A stretch of DNA of 64,000 nt, from assembly GCF_009914755.1 (NCBI RefSeq), contig NC_060936.1. One strand, written 5' to 3'. The notes beneath the pieces are model-generated. The model saw only the letters and a program-made list of their open reading frames with translations, made no database searches and was not told the DNA's origin. This stretch comes from the human T2T-CHM13v2.0 reference genome, Homo sapiens. Below, one piece after another: positions 13,901 to 27,579 of this stretch (position 1 is the first letter of the stretch; every line of letters starts with the position of its first letter). The translations under genes were made by a program, and so were the position numbers.

Positions 13901-15585
13901 TCAACTGTATTTAGATATTTTTCTATTCTGTAACAAATCCAGAAATTTAAAAAGAACTGGCTCATGTCAACAATCAACCAATAGTTCTTAACATCTTATT
14001 CTCTAGGGAAACTGAAAAATATGTTCAATCCTACCTTCCTTCAACAACAACTTCAACAAACAAAAAATCACCACCACAACTTTCTAGGAAAGGATTTTCT
14101 GAGTTTTTCTAAGTTTTAAAACAAAGGCAACATTAAGAGTTAAAGATCGACAGTATTCTATTTATTTAGAAGCCTCTTAAAATAAATAAATGAATTCTCT
14201 ATTTTGTGCCACTGAATACTACAGGATCAAAGTAAAGCCTCTGAGATTATTATGTCCAACAAATGGAGGTCGCAATCTCAGAGTTTATGTAGACATCACA
14301 AAAACTGTTTCAATAGAAGTGGTTATTTTAGAACTGGCTGTCTGCCCAGAGAATGCCAGAATACATTTTAACCAAGTGGACAGAAAAAGAAGCAGATGGA
14401 TTTGAACACTATTTTTTATCTACTAAAGTCTAAATAATACCAGAATATAATTTCCTCTCATTACTTTTATATATAATTAGACTTAGAAAGGTGAGCAGGT
14501 AATTAAAAGAAAAATCTTCTATAATTCACTTTTTATCACTCTAACTTACAGTTCACATTCCTATATACTTTCAACTTACATTTTAATTGAATTTTAGAGA
14601 TTTTAAGAAAAAAGCACTCAAGTATCACTACTGATACCTTGTTTTGTAAGCTGTTTGTCAAAATGATTTAATATTTAAAAGATATGAAAGGATATATTTA
14701 AATGTATGGAATTAAAAAGGTGGTACTGTGTTTGTGAATAAAGTTATTTACAGATCATATCAGCCACATCTACATATTTAATTCCATAACAGCTTCTCTT
14801 GCTTTTTAAATTAAATCTTCAACTTTACAGTAACTGATTCTCAAGAGAAAGGGATTATAAATGTGCCACATCCTGCTATTTCAAAGCAGCAGCACAAAAT
14901 AATAAAGAGCTAACTAATGTGGTCCCAATGATTACTGTACATTTCATTAAAATTTCATCTCTTTGTCCCATTTAAGGACTCACTACATGCTTCTGGCCAT
15001 ATGGAATCTGTTACGCAGACCCTGTGATTTCTTCTCCATGAAGATTACTTCACTACTTGCACAGAACAAAATAATATAAACTAAAAAAATAATTTATACC
15101 ATGTTTACAGCTGAGTTTTCCTATAATTCTGCTACAATTCAAACTATCAACATATCGTCAGGTTAAATTCCATTATAATAAAACAGACAGATATTTAAAT
15201 TTTTTCACAAAGGAATTTAAAGTCCCAAATAACGTTCAATTAACTGATAGTTTAAAAATAGTAACTAATTCTTGAGCAATAAGGTCTTTTAACTGCTATT
15301 TTTGTTGTTGTTGTTGTTTGCAACATACATTTCAACACTACTGAATAAACAAACTTAGTCCAAACAAAACCATTTAGGTGAGTCACGATGCATCATGATA
15401 GTGGCCAACTCTCTGGAGAGCCCTGCAATAGTCACCTGAGAAGCAGCATGATGTAGCAGGAAACCTGGATCTGCCTCTACTATGGAAACTGGACAAGTCA
15501 TACAAAACTGGACAAGACACTCAGCTCCTTTGGGCCTTGGCTCTGATCTGTAGGAAGAGGCTGGACTGGATCCAAACTTTAATTT

Positions 15586-15868
15586 AAAAAAAAAAAAAAA
15601 AGTGTCTCACCCTGTCACCAGGCTTGAGTGCAGTGGCATGATCAGAGCTCCCTGTAGCCTCGAACTCCTGAGCAGCCATTCTCCTACCTCAGCCTCCTGA
15701 GTAGCGGGACTGCAGGCACACATGACCACACACAGGTTTTTCTTTCTTTTATTTTTTATTTTTTTTTTTTTTGTAGAGACAGGGTCTCAAACCCCTGGGT
15801 TCAAGTGATCCTCCTGCCTCAGCCTCCCAATGTGCTGAGATTATAGGCGTGAGCCACCGTGCCTGGCC
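15586..15868 (-). mobile_element. AluJ with internal deletion
   Basis: Antisense Alu; TSD caaacttta. Confidence 0.9.
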
Positions 15869-15926
15869 TGCAAACTTTATAAACAGAATTCTGGCTAAAG
15901 CCTCCAGTATAAATGGGCAAAGTAGA

Positions 15927-16270
15927 TGTCTTAATTTATTTTATGCTGCTATAACAGAATATCTGAGACTCGGTAATTTATGAAGAAAATAAACGTATTT
16001 CTTATAGTTCTGGCTGAGAAGTACAAGACCATGAGGTCTGCATCTGATAAGGGACTTCATTTTACATCATCCCAGGTCAGAGGGCAGAAGAGCAAGAGAC
16101 GGTGCACACTCCTTTATAACTAACCCACTCCCAAATAAAGACAGTAATCCATTCACAGGGGCAGACCCGTCATGACCGAATCACCTAATAGGCCCCAACT
16201 CCCAACACTATTGCACCAGGGATTAAGTTTCTAACACACAAACTTTGGAGAACACATTCAAACCACATCA
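15927..16270 (-). mobile_element. MaLR solo LTR (MST/MLT1A-like)
   Basis: tgtctta...gctgctataacagaat...acattcaaaccacatca; 5-bp TSD gtaga/gtgga. Confidence 0.85.
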
Positions 16271-16504
16271 GTGGACGTGCACTGACCTCCTTCTCCCACA
16301 GCAGCTCCTGAAACAGTTCTGGAAGTGGCAAAGTCCTCAGGAGAACAAAGTTTGAAAATCTAAAGAGTTTGGAAATATATATATATACACTTCCCAACCA
16401 CCTTCCAGTACTAACCCCCAAATTCTTTTTACTTTGATTAAATTAACATGACCTCCCGCAACACTGCTGCTCCAAAAAATATCAATAAGAAATCAGATAA
16501 AGCA

Positions 16505-16760
16505 ATTACATTTAATAAATATTTACTGAGTATTTACTAGGTGCTAGACCCTGAGGATTAATGATGAATAGAACAAGGCCTCTCCCCGTCAAAGTGAGCC
16601 CACAAGCTATAGGAGACAGATATAACCAACTACAATGCAAACAAGCAAAAGTTACTATGGATTAAGCCAAGAGTGCTGACTAAAACACATAGGAGGAGCT
16701 GCTTACTCAAACCAGAGGTCAGGAAAGCCTTCCCAGAAAAAAATTACGTCAACGCTAACA
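16505..16760 (-). mobile_element. L2 3' end
   Basis: aataaatatttactgagtatttactaggtgctag. Confidence 0.65.
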
Positions 16761-17045
16761 AAACAAATATATATTGGCTTGAATATAAAATGACAGTGTT
16801 TTAACCTGAGTAAATTCCCTTGTGTTTCTAACCTAACCACTCCCCTCATCAAGCTTCTTCACTATTTATCCCTATGCTCTCTATCACCTTTACTCACTGT
16901 ATCTTTTTTTTAAAAAAGAAATGGAATATCTAACAAGTTCTTAGGTGACGGGGGCAGGGGGGCAAAGAAAAGAAACACGATCTTGTATAACTGACAATGG
17001 CTACATCCATGTGAATACTCCATATGGGAATAATAACCTTTCAAG

Positions 17046-17417
17046 TGTTAACAAAGTGGAGTCACTCATGCCAAATGTCATATAATCAAACTGCAACTGT
17101 AAGAAAGCAGATAGATCCCAAAACAGACGAGTTTTTCCTAAAAACAGGAGATTCTAGCCTACCTGAGTCAGAACAAGAAAGTCCCCTCTGCTTTAACCCT
17201 TATAAAAAAAAGTAAACTGAAGTAATCTATTGTTAACTAATCAGCTTATTTTCCCCATTGTTATGTTTCCTCATTCCCACCTCACAAAACCCAATAGTCT
17301 GCCATTGCCCAGTAGAAGCTGTGATTCTATTAGAATGGAGGCTGCACCGATTCATGAATCGAGAATAAAAGCCAATTAGATACATAACTAAATGAGTTTT
17401 AATTTTGTCTTTTGACA
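17046..17417 (+). mobile_element. ERV1-class solo LTR (family not assigned)
   Basis: TG...CA ends; 4-bp TSD caag (17042-45, 17418-21); TATA-like cttataaaa; AATAAA near the 3' end; typical aattttgtcttttgaca terminus. Confidence 0.8.
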
Positions 17418-17916
17418 CAAGAGTAAAAGTGGATATGGAAATATCCATGTGAGTATGGACTAATACAAGAGGGTTAAGGATTGGTAAGCCTACATGGTTA
17501 TTTATATAAACTCCATCCATGGATTTCATGTTGAATGTAAAGGCATAATCTTTCAGGCCCAAAGACATTTTAAATTTTTTAATGTTATCACATGTTTCCA
17601 ACTTAACCTAGAAATTATTTAATCAATGTTTTGAGAAGAATTAAGTACTAGACAGTAACTATAAAATTACTTCAGAAACAATAAAATTCACATATCTCCA
17701 AATAAACCTATTTGGAAAATAATATGATCAATCTGTTATCTTGACCACTAATTTGTATATACAATTCCTCGTAAGTTATACTTTTATGTCAAGTGACTTT
17801 TTCTATTTTTCTCTTTTACTACGTCTTAACATTTTAAATGGTAAAAATTCAAGTTGAACTGATCATTGAAGTCTTATTAAATCAAGACTTTTAAAAATAA
17901 AGATAAAAAATAAATA

Positions 17917-18035
17917 AAGAGACAAGGTCTTGTTATATTGTCTAGGCCAGACTAGATTCAAACTCCTGGGCTCAAGTGATCCTTCCACCTCAGTCTTGAG
18001 AGTAGCTGGGACTACAACTCAGGCCACCATGCCGA
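17917..18035 (-). mobile_element. Alu monomer (FLAM-like)
   Basis: gagacaaggtcttg...ctcaagtgatcc...caccatgccg. Confidence 0.8.
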
Positions 18036-18362
18036 GTTTAAATAAAGACATTTTTAATGCAAAATACAATTATTTCAGAATTTTTTATGACTTGGGACAA
18101 TGGCAAGACTGAAGATTACTTTTGCTTAAACTATTTCTTCTCAAATAGTTACAAAATACAAACAAAACTGCCTAATATATTCATGAATCAAAACAAAGGT
18201 TTAGGTATGATAGAAGACACCAGAGGCAGGTATTTACAAATCAATAAGCTAATTGCACTATCATCCTTATTAGTTAAAAAGCCCTATCAAGTATATGACA
18301 TTAAATATATATCTTTATATAATAAAAATTCATGAATAATTGCACTGTTTATAGGTGAAGAA

Positions 18363-18649
<287 letters not shown>

Positions 18650-20253
18650 AAGGTGAAGAATTTTTAAGTGTATTGAAAAGGGTATTTACAAAAATTCATA
18701 GTAAAGCCCTTCTAAATAGAGAAGTACACATATCATACATAATAACTGCTTAGAGATGAATTAAGCTGAAATTGCGTTTTTGAATTTTTTTATAAAGGAG
18801 ACTATTTCCTAATATAAGCCAATCTCCCAGTAATATCTTCAAATTGCTAAGCCTATACTAGAGAAATCAAATTCACAATAATGGTATACTTCAATGCCAT
18901 AATATCAAATGAATAAAGCAGTAATTTTCTTCATTCACTGAAGGCAGCACAGGACAAAAGAAGTAAAACTGAAAATGTTCTTCTTGGGAGAAAAAGGGAA
19001 ATATTTTAAGTTCAATAGTAAGAGATGACCTATGTAAAATTCATCAGAATATTTACCAGAAATTTTCACATACTTAAAAAGAAACAGGTCCATTCACAAG
19101 TTCACGAGCTATGACTGGGTTCAATGCTTGCTGCTCTTCAAGCACAGTATTTCATCATATATTTCATTCTTTTCCCATCAGCACTATGCACCAAGACACA
19201 TGAAAGTGCATATCAAATAAAAAAACTGAATAGTTTCTTACCACAAAGCTTCACTTTTGTTATTTCAGAGACAGATATAAAAATGTATTTAAACAATCTC
19301 AAATAATTAACTCATGAGGTGACCCCACCTATCAACAATTCAACTTCCTCAACCAAAATCTTGTAAGTATGAAAGAAAAAAACCAACAACAAAAAAGGAG
19401 ACTTAGGAACATAATAACAAAATACAAAAAAGAAACACATTTTGTTTATTTATTTAACTGAAACAGAGGCTGCTGCAGCTGCAGGAGCCTTTTCTGACTG
19501 ATGTGACATGAGCTGCTACATTTAAAACCAGACGCTTTAAACAGATGGCTATTCAGTTAAAGCCTTCAGGCTTATCTCCCACACTTGGTCACAGTTGCCA
19601 AGGAAGAGGACACTAGTTTTCCACTATAGCTTAAGTATAATTTCACACAGCACCATGGATTGACCACTGACAATTACACACACGACATCACAGACTGGTG
19701 ATGTAACTGCTAACCGATGTCACACTGTCTTTTCAGAGTATTGCTAGTTACAAAGAAAGCACCAAGAAACAGATGTTAAAGCCTAGGTATAGAATGAATT
19801 TTAGCCTGAAATGTAGGCTATAGCAAATATACAATTCAAGAACCACTCTATACTAATAAATATTTCAAGTTATGTTTACTTTCAGTCTTTTGTTCATGTC
19901 AGAATTTTCACTGCCACAGCAATAACAAGCAAAAAGTGTAGCTGGAGCATAAACCAATTAAAGATCACCTTGTACTCATGTAAGTTTTTTGAATCAGCTT
20001 CCAAAAGCATATCTGCAATACATGGTTAAGAATATTATAGTCTTCATGTACCTGCTTTTGGATTATGAGTCAGTATTAATCATCCAAACAAGTACAGCAG
20101 TCTTCAGCACTAGTGCTGCAGTAAAACTTCGGAAGAACTGACATTCAGACTCCTGACACAAAAACATGACAGAATCTGTCTCCAAGAAAATATCTGGGCC
20201 CCTCTGAGGTTCTGTCCAAGATAGAAAGGGCTTAAGGCAATGAAGTAGGCACC

Positions 20254-20284
<31 letters not shown>

Positions 20285-20306
20285 GACTACTAGACAAACT
20301 TTCTGA

Positions 20307-20626
<320 letters not shown>

Positions 20627-21078
20627 TGCCTATGTCCACTTTTGGCATGCACTTCTGCCACCTTGCACATTGTAGACTAACAGAGTTTCACCATTCCTGT
20701 CTCGTTGCCCAACCACTCACCTTCCTCAAGACCCCACCTTCAATTCCTGCTTAAAATATGTAACATGGATTCTCCTTGTCTTTTTAAGATAAAGACCCAA
20801 ATCCTTATCACTGACTGAAAGCCCTTTTGTGGCTACACTATGCCTAGTCTAGCCCTATCTGCCCTCAGGTGGGCCTCATCTGATCACATGCTCTCAGGTA
20901 TTCTCTCCACTACAGCTACATTGGTCTTTCGTTCCTGGAATACAACATGCCTCCTGCCACCAAGGGCTGCTGTCCTTTCTGCTATAAAATATTGTCATTC
21001 CTCTCTTCATCTACTTCAAGTATATTCTACTTTCAGATCTCAGTTCAAATGCCACTTTATCAGGTAAACCACTTTTCT

Positions 21079-21600
<522 letters not shown>

Positions 21601-23956
21601 AAACCATTTTTCTGGCCTCTTATTAAGTCAAATCACCATATTATCTATACAGCACCATACTGCTCATAATCATACTTGTCTTCACTGCAGTTTTGTGTTA
21701 TTTTATTAATACCTGCCTCCTACCCTGCCAATAACCTAAATCCAAAGATTGCACAGACCAAGTTTGTTTTTACTCCACAGTGCTTACTATAGTGGCTGGC
21801 ACAAACTGAGCACTTAATAAATATTTGTTGAATGAATAAGTACAGAGAAGGATTTTAAAAATAAATATGCATCATTCAATAGAAAAATTTAGTATCACAT
21901 TTTTCAATCACAGTCCTACCATTCTTTATTTTATTGAAATTTAAAAATTGTGAAAAGAACTCTTTAGGGATCAAATTTTTCATCCTTTGACTTCAAGTAT
22001 GAAGACAAAATTCTTCATACATGACCCCATAAATTTATATCACAAAATTCGATGTTCAAAACTAAAATCTTTAAAAACCAGACTGTTTTAAAGAAACAAA
22101 AGATTAAAGATGAGTTTGTAAAGATAAAGAGATAGACAAATTGATTAAAAAGAAACCTCAGGCAGAAAAGAAACTCTTCAAAGAGCATAAATGTTTTATA
22201 GAGAAGAATATATTTTATTGTTACAATAAAAAGATACTAGGGTATGGAATTGTTGGCAAGATTAATATTATGTTTACAAATGAAAAGCATCCCTCGAATA
22301 CAAGCAGTTTAAACAACTGTTTGATCAAAAAATACAGGGTACAAAAGATTTGATGCCAGTCTATTAAGTATACAATGCTCTATTTTTAAAAATGTAACAA
22401 TTGACAGGCCAGTAGATACTGTGTAACATTAATTTTTCCTCTTTAGAGCTATGTTGACTTACAGATTTGGAGGTTTAACGTTTCCCCACAATATTTATAC
22501 TTTAAAAATATCTTGTTCGTTCAGTAAGGGCCATCACTTACAAGTATTTATTTTATGTGGAGATCACTTTGAGGTGTCAAAAAAAAATCAATTCATCATA
22601 TTCTGTGTACTATACTCCATTAGGACATGAGTGCTGTGGAGAGACCTAACTATAATTCTCCAATGGTAGCCATTTAAGTTTAGCTACCCTAAGAAAGACT
22701 GCTACTGCCATGCAGATATTCCAGTGTAGTCTTTCTTCACCTAGATTTTTATTTTCTTGACTTTTTCATTATTGCTTAATTGCTAACATTTCCTTTTGAC
22801 ATGTATTGATCATGCTAATAGCTATAACATGGCCTTTTGTGCCTAGAATTGATGGACTATATTTAATACAAATCTATATGAATCAACAAACAAGTTTATT
22901 TAATGATGTTTATTCAAAGGAATGACATTTTCTAGACAGCACTTTTCACATTTGAAATATTGAAGATAAAATGCTAGCTTTAAAAAAAATAAAAATCATT
23001 TTAACACTTTATAGTGATTCGCCACATGCAATTTTCCTAAACACTTTATTTTCATAGATAGCTAAGCCACATGTGTCAATCCTATCACCATCACCTACTG
23101 AACCAATCTAATCTTGTGTACTATAGACTACCAGAAGTATGAAACAAAGAGTCACATGAATATACCTTTCAAAGTTCAAAAAAAAGAAATTTTTATTTAT
23201 AAACCCTATATGTTACAAAGAATTAAATTAATAATGAGAACAAACAGAGAAGAGCATTAAATAGAAGTAACATGCCTTTTATTTAACTCCACGAATAGTG
23301 TCTTGTGCTTAATAAACATTTTTCTGGCAAAAAAAAAAAAAAGGTACAAGAGGTACAAGGTGACGAGAAGCTATTAACTGTCAAACACAACACTAGATAA
23401 TAGAGAGAGGTATCACAGAAATTCACTACTGTGAATACACTAACAGGCCTTCTTATAACCTGAGTAAAAGCTTCCGGAGATAGAGCTGATTCCTCTGATC
23501 CTGTGTTCACCTAGCAACTTTCTGACTCCTAGCTTAGCTTCTCAGGTACCAAGACACCATGAAAAAGAGGTATTAGAAAGTAATGAGTATTCTAATCAAT
23601 GAAAAAATATAACCACCCCACTGTCCATTAACAAGCATTGTGGATACAAATCAACTTCTTTCTGAATATGATAACTGGTTCAGGTCCCCAGAGTGGGATC
23701 AAACCAGGGCAAATGGATGAAACTACAAAGTTGAAGATGCTAGCCTAAAGAAGTGGTCTCAAACTCCTTGGTTTTGGGATCCCTTTATAACTCTTAAAAA
23801 TTATAGAGGACTCCAAAAAGTTTTTGTTCACATGGGTTTACTTACCAGTATTTATTATATTGGAAATTAAAACTAATTAAAAATTTAATATCTACTTATT
23901 AATTCATTTAAACACAGTAATAAGCCCATTACACAGCAACATAACATTTTCAGGAA

Positions 23957-24390
23957 GGCAAAGCACCAGGCCTACTGCAGGGGTGTGAAGGAGGCCACAA
24001 ATTCTGTTTCAAGAGAGCTCTGAGCCCACGGAGTAGACATTATGAGCAAAGCTCGTCGTCTCAAGTCCAAAAAATTACAGACAGGAAGTTACTGAGACTA
24101 AATGATGGCAGATATGTCCAAGGAATATTGTGAGGATTTGATCCATTTAGGAATTTTGTGATGTATGTGTGGAGATGGCAACTAGTGGACAACACAACAG
24201 TACTGGAATGGTGGTAATACAGGCAAACAGTAACATCATATTAGAAGTCTAGGAATGAGGATAAATAATGGCTGCTCAGCAGAAAAATCCATGTTCCCTC
24301 TCCAAGTGATCTGTTTTACTGTGAGGCAAAAATCAGGTCATGTACATTTTCATATTAAATTTTTTGCTAAATAAGCTTCTGTAATCATCA
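23957..24390 (+). pseudogene. SNRPG: Processed pseudogene of SNRPG (Sm-G); former CDS 24042-24264; possibly the annotated SNRPGP18 (recall, unverified)
   Basis: Intronless copy with 5'UTR (tgagcccacggagtagac), ATGAGCAAAGCT, remnants of VQGIL*GFDPF and EMATSGQ..GMVVI, frameshifts and stops, SNRPG-like 3'UTR, and decayed AATAAA (aataag). Confidence 0.93.
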
Positions 24391-24724
24391 AATGATTTCT
24401 GGAAATATAACTAATATAACATACATAAATTTAGTGAGAAGAGGTACACTGATTTTCATTTTCGCAAATCTCTTTTACATCTGCCTTAACAGAAGACAAT
24501 CATATTGTCATATCTACTTTTATGTTCAATATATAACAATACGTTGTTTTGGTTGAAGTATACAAAGAAAATCTGGCATCACATAAGTATGTAGTTGGAG
24601 AAGGGAGGTGCACATTAATAACCTTTTCAGTTAATTGCAGATACCTTTCTCTAACACTATACCAAAACTAAACAAATGGTATTTGCTAAAAGGTTAGTTG
24701 AAGTACAGAACCTAAAACTATCAA

Positions 24725-25033
24725 GCCAGGTGTGTTGGCCAGTGCTTGTAATTTCAGTGCTTTGGGAATCCAAGGCAGGAGGATCACTTAAAGGCCAGAA
24801 GTTCAAGACCAGCCTGGGCAACATAAGGCGACTCCATCTCTACAAAAATCTTTTTTAACAAAAATCACCAGGGCGTGTGGCATGCCACCTGTGCTCCCAG
24901 CTACTTGGGAGGCTAAGGTGGAAGGATTGCTTGAGCCCAGTAGTTCAAAGCTGCGGTGGGCTACGATCACGCCACTGCACTCCTGTCTGAGCAGCAGAGT
25001 GAGACCCCGCCTCATAAATAAACAAACAAAAAA
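24725..25033 (+). mobile_element. AluJ in Charlie1
   Basis: Dimer; TSD ...tatcaa. Confidence 0.93.
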
Positions 25034-25595
25034 TCGTATCAATGAACTTCTATATTCTGTCACATTAAAACCCAACAATCTATCATACACTTTGATTATC
25101 AAGCATTGGTCATTTGGAAAATACTGGTTAACTGAGTTATGCACAGATTCTGTATGTTGACACATTTTACCAAACTCTATCAAAAAATAACAATTATTAA
25201 TGCCACCAATAATCTCAGCAGAAAGATCTTTAAGTACTGAGAAGTTATCAGCTCACAGTGGCCAAGTTTCCCAAAACTCTCATTTTTGTATGAAATCACA
25301 AATTTTATCACAAGCAACAGATACTGTCAGTTTTCCTTGAAAAACTTACCATTCATTTTGGAGAAAATACCTACCAAATGCCTAAATCTGATTGATCATA
25401 GTTTATCAGTCATTCTCTCAAGTATGATGCTCCATCTTAAGAAGTAGCTGGTCAATGCAAAACTCAAATAATTGCACGAAAGCTTTCCCTTGACACAAGG
25501 GAAGTGATTCATGTATACCTGCCATTTTCTCTCATAGAACATTAAAAAGACATGTATTAAAGGGTCAAAATTTCACACAAGTAATCATTTTTACT

Positions 25596-25896
25596 TTTTT
25601 TTTTGTTTTTTTTTTTTTTTTAAGAGTCACTCTGTTGCCCAGGCTAGGGTACAGTGGTGCGATCTTGGCTCACTGCAATCTCCACGTCCCAGGTTCAGGT
25701 AATTCTTGGGCCTAAGCCTCCTGAGTAGCTGGGATTACAGGTGCCCGCCACCATGCCTGGCTAATTTTTGTATTTTTATTACAGATGGGGTTTCAGCATG
25801 TTAGCCAGGATGGTCTCGAACTCCTGACCTCAACTGATCCACACGCCTCAGCCTCCCAGAGTGCTGGGATTACAGGGCATGAGCTGCAGCACCTGA
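25596..25896 (-). mobile_element. AluS in Charlie1
   Basis: Dimer; TSD atttttact. Confidence 0.93.
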
Positions 25897-26429
25897 CAAA
25901 TTTTTACTCTTTCATCACAGACATTCTTAAGGAAAATCTAAGGTTTTGTCTTCTGAAGAATACAACTACCAGAGTTGTTTGCTGTTACTGCCTTGATTCG
26001 TGCTAAGGCACCACCAGCAGTTTTATCCCTAATTGCTTTTGCATCATCAGTACAAATGTCAACAAAGTTGAAAAAGGCAAATAATGTCTTCATATTTTAT
26101 AAAAATAGTTTTTTTGACTTGTGGGATCTCCCGAAACGGTCGAAAAGACCCACCCCACAACCCTACTCCCTTGATGGTTGCAGACCATACTTTGAAAACT
26201 GCTGGCCTAACGTTTGTCAAGGGAGTATCAAACAAACAGAAATCTGCCCACTGGAAAGTGATGCCTGGAACAGCCACATGGCTTTTTCATCACAGAGATT
26301 TCTTTCAGCTGCAAAGATAGGGGCTCCCTACCTGGGAAGGCAATGGATTTATGCAGCCAGCTCAAAATCTTTATATGGAGTTAAATACTTCACCTACAAC
26401 TTACATCTTCTTCTTATGGAATAACATGA

Positions 26430-27120
26430 AATAAATTTCTGCCTACAGTGGAAACTATTTTATAGGTCTCCAAAAATCCAACACTTTTTTTCCTCTCTAG
26501 GCTAAACAAATCCAGTTGCTTTAACCATTCCTCATTTACAGAATCCGCTGATTTAGCCCCATCCCAACCACCTTCCTCTTGCAATGGCTCCAGTTTTTTA
26601 AGTCCTTCTTAAAACAAAGCTTTCTAAAATGAGCACAACACTCCAGATATCTCTGATGAAGATAAAGGCAACTGAAACCATTAATTTTCCTGATCTGGGT
26701 ACAATCCTTCTGTAACATAGCCTCGATACCATGTTAGCTTTATTAGTCACATACCAAAACATCCAGCTCTTTTCCACTCACAGTACTGAGAAGCCCTATT
26801 TCCCCCTTCAATATCTACCAACCAATTTTTTTAAAAACCTCAATGCAGGACTTCACATGTATTCGTATTAAATTCTGCCCAGTTTCTGACATACACAGAC
26901 TAATGATAATCTTTGGGAAATTTGGGTCTACCATAAATACTCGCTGTCCCTCTCAGCTTTTTTAATCAACTTCATGAAGATTTTATAAATGACTTCTTTC
27001 TCATTATCTAAGACTTTTGTTATTGCTTCTAATCAGCAAGTATTGAATAAGATAAAACTACAGGGAGAGCCCAGTGACCTAAAACTGCAGCTCATCATTC
27101 TGGTTCAAACAACTCAATGA
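26430..27120 (-). mobile_element. L3/CR1 relic
   Basis: ctctaggctaaacaaatccagttgctttaaccattcctcat...gcacaacactccagata. Confidence 0.6.
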
Positions 27121-27579
27121 AGATCCACTTAGGTATATAATCCCCTAACACACACCCTATGTAACACACTCCTATTTCATATAAGTTAAAATTCTACATA
27201 ACTGCTTACTTCTAATCAATGACTCTAAAAAAGAACCCAAGAGTTCTTTTATAAAATGAAAGAATCACATTTCCGGATGTAAAAAATTCAACCAGATGAG
27301 AACACTAGCATATGATTCACCCCAGCTAGCTATACTGAGAAAGGTCACGTCAAACTGCCACTGCATTGTTCCAGGTAGCCTGCTATGTCACTGCCGCAGA
27401 TATTTTTTTGGCCATATATCTCAGACTATCTGAAAGGACTGCCTCTTCCAGGTTTCACTCTCTAGAAATGAGAAACTTCCTGTTTTCCGTAAATGGTTAC
27501 AGAAAATGCAAGTATATTTTATACAGTTTAAGTCTCTTTCTATTCCACATTAGTTACTTCATCGGGAATGCTAACAGCA

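Larger units (their letters stand above)
23751..26204 (-). mobile_element. Charlie1 (hAT) element with decayed transposase sequence; hosts a pseudogene and two Alus
   Basis: TIR-like ends aagtggtctcaaac / tttgaaaactgctg; 8-bp TSD gcctaaag (23743-50) vs gcctaacg (26205-12); internal Charlie1-like text. Confidence 0.88.

Noticed and set aside
14994-15080. Alternative first exon encoding MEKKSQGLRNRFHMARSM
   Set aside because: No promoter-like context, poor exonic donor positions, peptide unrecognised
17460-17481. U12-like branch TCCTTAAC 14 nt before TAG
   Set aside because: About one such 8-mer is expected by chance and I saw no nearby upstream U12 donor; it illustrates the background rate
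20713-20730. Consensus donor AAG|gtgagt
   Set aside because: Upstream sequence is purine-rich L2 relic with no credible acceptor
22665-22737. H/ACA snoRNA or pre-miRNA
   Set aside because: Hairpins are too short and there is no H box or ACA in the right positions
24042-24264. Functional SNRPG retrogene
   Set aside because: Frameshift after about codon 11 and several stops
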